A stretch of 63,690 bases of DNA, counting the filler, from Dicyema japonicum (taxonomy: Eukaryota > Animalia > Dicyemida), in NCBI GenBank assembly GCA_011109175.1. It is 12 parts of 12 records of this genome, joined end to end, with 100 filler letters (N's around TTAATTAATTAA, not from the genome) between each part and the next. Parts side by side here need not be neighbours in the genome. Positions count along the whole stretch, not along the records: positions 61,156 to 63,690 come from RDEW01000186.1; 11 more parts are not named here. One strand, written 5' to 3'. The translations under genes and the position numbers were made by a program. Within the stretch, counting starts at the first letter, position 1; the number at the start of each line of letters is the position of its first letter. Of the stretch, positions 61,156 through 63,690 are shown piece after piece. Under the pieces are notes generated by a model, which saw only the letters and a list, made by a program, of their open reading frames with translations, had not been told where the DNA came from and did no database searches.

Positions 61156-62402
61156 AGACAATCAAAAAACCGCCAAACAAATAAATCATTCCACTTTTAC
61201 AGCACAAAGAAGAGTTAATTCGAGGCAAAGGACACACGACTGGCGATATTTGGGGGACAAACCGACGTTTCCTGCCAGCATCGATCACAGACAGGTCGTT
61301 GAGAATATCTGAGGTCTCCTTTCCTCTGAGAATCAAAAATCAACCTCGTCTTTTTCAGAACAGTCCCTAGATCCTCCAAAAATGACAATTCTCCCACTCC
61401 CGATACAACAGAAGCCGAAACCCGACCGTGGAGGAGACCGACAAGATCCTCCAACATCAACTCTGCTGAAGAGCGCCTTCAGAGATCCGTCTTCTACCAA
61501 AAATTAAAAAATCAAGTGCCTGACTTTGCATTGTGATAGAGAATAAGTCATCGAGGACCACCCCGTTAGAAAATCCACCATAAATGAAAAACTGATCATC
61601 CCCAGCCGAGACAAAGGCCGACCCCGACCTCGGTGAAGGAATAATTCCATGAACTTCTACTTGGAGCCATGAATGGTGGATAATATCGAATGCCAGTATA
61701 TCGTTGAACCACCGAGAAACGCTGTTGGTCATTTGAAAACCTCCAAAGGTCAGAAGGGCGTTCCTCCTCTGCCAGAGGACCATTCTGTGACCGCTTCGTG
61801 GAGTGGGGGACCCCAAATTCTGGATTTCCTTCCAATTTTTTGTACGCAAAGAGAACTCCCAAAGGTCAGAAAAATGGTGGAACTGTGATTCAGTAGGATT
61901 TATAAACTCTCCACCAAAAACCCACAGAGATCCTCCGTTTAAATCTGTACAGACCATCTACCCTCAAATATACTCATACCTGGTGTGAGGATCGAGGCAA
62001 AGGGCCACTCGGAGCAACTATTCTTGACCACGTGTTTTTGCGGATGTCGTAGTTGTAAAAATCATCCAAGAACTCCACCTTGTTTTTAGAATACTTCTCT
62101 CCCCCGAAAAGGTAGAGGACGTCCATACATGGATGAGCAACCAGAGAAGTACAAGATCTGAGATATAAGAGATCTTTACCTCGGACAGGGTGGGGGACAG
62201 TTCTCAATAATGCTTGGCTTTAGTTGAGAATTTATGGTTGAAAATTCGTTGAGTATTTCGTCGATAAATTTCTTTAAATCATCCATCTAAATACCTCCCC
62301 CGATTGAGCAAGTAATTTATTTTCTCGTTTTAAGGCGTTTTTCTCGGTTTTAATCATCGTTTTTATTATTCCCTGACCCTTCTTCTTGTTCTTTTTCCCC
62401 AT
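61156..62402 (-). CDS. KLHDC4: Kelch domain-containing protein 4 (3' part lost in gap)
   Basis: MGKKNKKKGQG...KTEKK, SLVAHP...LYLFGGE, PRSSHQ, GGSLWVFGGEFINPTESQFHHFSDLW, PTPRSGHRMVLW and PSPRSGS. Confidence 0.9.
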
Positions 62403-62848
62403 AACCTCAGCGACGTGCAAATAAAATTAATATTTAAATTTAATAAACAAATTATTATATAAATTTTTGTAAAACATCCCGGTAACTTGAGGACCATAGG
62501 TTGATCCGGTACTGTTGTTTATGGTCCCATCGTTGATTCCTATGCACGTGGATCAAGTCCCCTTATGCAACCATCCGTTACAACTGACGATTCAATATTA
62601 TGTGACTGATAAGAGATAGGTGAAAGTGATATAAGAAGATAGTCTCTGAGGGTATGCCCAGATAGTTATGATCTCCTTTGTTCAAAGTCGTTGTTAGATA
62701 ATCCACCTATCAAACCGACTTAAGGGACTTTTGTAAACCGCACGTGTCCACCAACGTGAATAAGATTATCGCTCATAAGCCACGTGAGCTGCCAAAAATC
62801 TCCATAAAATAATCGCTCTTCACCAAAATAAGCTACTTCCCAAAAAAC

Positions 62849-63265
62849 TAGAAACGGAGACCACGTGGAGGTAACAAAATATTAAATAAATCAAATATCA
62901 TCTTCCAGACAGGCCAATTCATACATATCGAGATCCTCGAACACTTCCATGTCAATATCAAAGTCCTCCTCTTCCACGTGGTCTTCAATCATTATGAAAA
63001 TAACCATCAGAAGCATACAAACGAAGAAAATATTCCTTTCCGGTCACTTTGTCATTNTAGAAACGGAGACCACGTGGGGGTAACAAAATATTAAATAAAT
63101 CAAATATCATCTTCCAGACAGGCCAATTCATACATATCGAGATCCTCGAACACTTCCATGTCAATATCAAAGTCCTCCTCTTCCACGTGGTCTTCAATCA
63201 TTATGAAAATAACCATCAGAAGCATACAAACGAAGAAAATATTCCTTTCCGGTCACTTTGTCATT
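62849..63265. repeat. Two-copy 208-bp duplication around a single N
   Basis: 62849-63056 versus 63058-63265, one mismatch seen; duplicates the 3' end of the RWDD1-like gene. Confidence 0.95.
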
Positions 63266-63690
63266 GACAGGGGTCTTATTAACCCCCAAGTGGGCCATTT
63301 CCTGGTCGAACTTAATCTTCCATAGAGCGAATGATTCGACGGTGACGGGTATCCCATCATTCTCGCGCTGAAGCTAAAAATGGGAGAAAACCTTGTACTC
63401 CTCCTGGATTTCCACAATCGGTTGTTGGATTTCCACAATCTCAACTGGTCTCGAGTTTCTCCTGGTAATGTACTGATCCTCGAATTTGGACAACAAGGTC
63501 AGTAATTCGAAAACCATTGGGGATCCAACAAGTTTGATGGCCTGAGATTTACTTAAAAAAAGACTGTGAGTTGTAGAAAGTCCTCGAGTTGGGTTGAAAA
63601 CTCATCTGAGAGATTGGAAAGGTCCCCAACTTTGAAGGAAGGGATTACTGCTGGATACTCGGGAGGAATGGTAATCCAGATGGAAAAAGA
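63100..63690 (-). CDS. RWDD1: RWD domain protein RWDD1/Gir2-like (5' end outside window)
   Basis: IPPEYPAVIP, LVGSPMVFEL, PVTVESFALWKIKFDQE and KVTGKEYF, plus acidic tail FDIDMEVFEDLD. Confidence 0.75.

Overview
This is eukaryotic (animal) DNA, not prokaryotic. The window is an artificial concatenation of about 12 unrelated scaffolds joined by N-padded TTAATTAATTAA linkers, with further internal N gaps. The genome is AT-rich and compact, with very small GT-AG introns (about 21-31 nt). ETS, SFMBT, Lgl/tomosyn and PH-containing dynamin genes point to a metazoan. A reduced parasite such as a dicyemid or myxozoan fits the intron sizes, but that is inference. Recognisable host genes: TBCK-like, Lgl/tomosyn, a Thr-rich mucin-like gene, PSMC3/Rpt5 (probably a pseudogene), a kinesin-14-like protein with degenerate ATPase motifs, LC8, SFMBT, a cathepsin L-like fragment, PPIL3, dynamin, an ETS factor, RPB5, KLHDC4 and RWDD1. 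Most spliced host genes carry 1-nt indels in homopolymers, most likely sequencing error. The remainder is a transposon graveyard: Tc1, several hAT families, RTE, Jockey/I-like, CRE and R4 non-LTR elements, and Ginger-like integrase remnants and ends. I found no CRISPR array, rRNA or intact tRNA. The best novelty candidate is the apparently non-motor (Vik1/Cik1-like) kinesin-14. Next are the tiny introns and an unknown gene family with the motif TLESMLxEYxHG. All family assignments come from recalled motifs; no database search was run, and coordinates of spliced or degenerate features are approximate.
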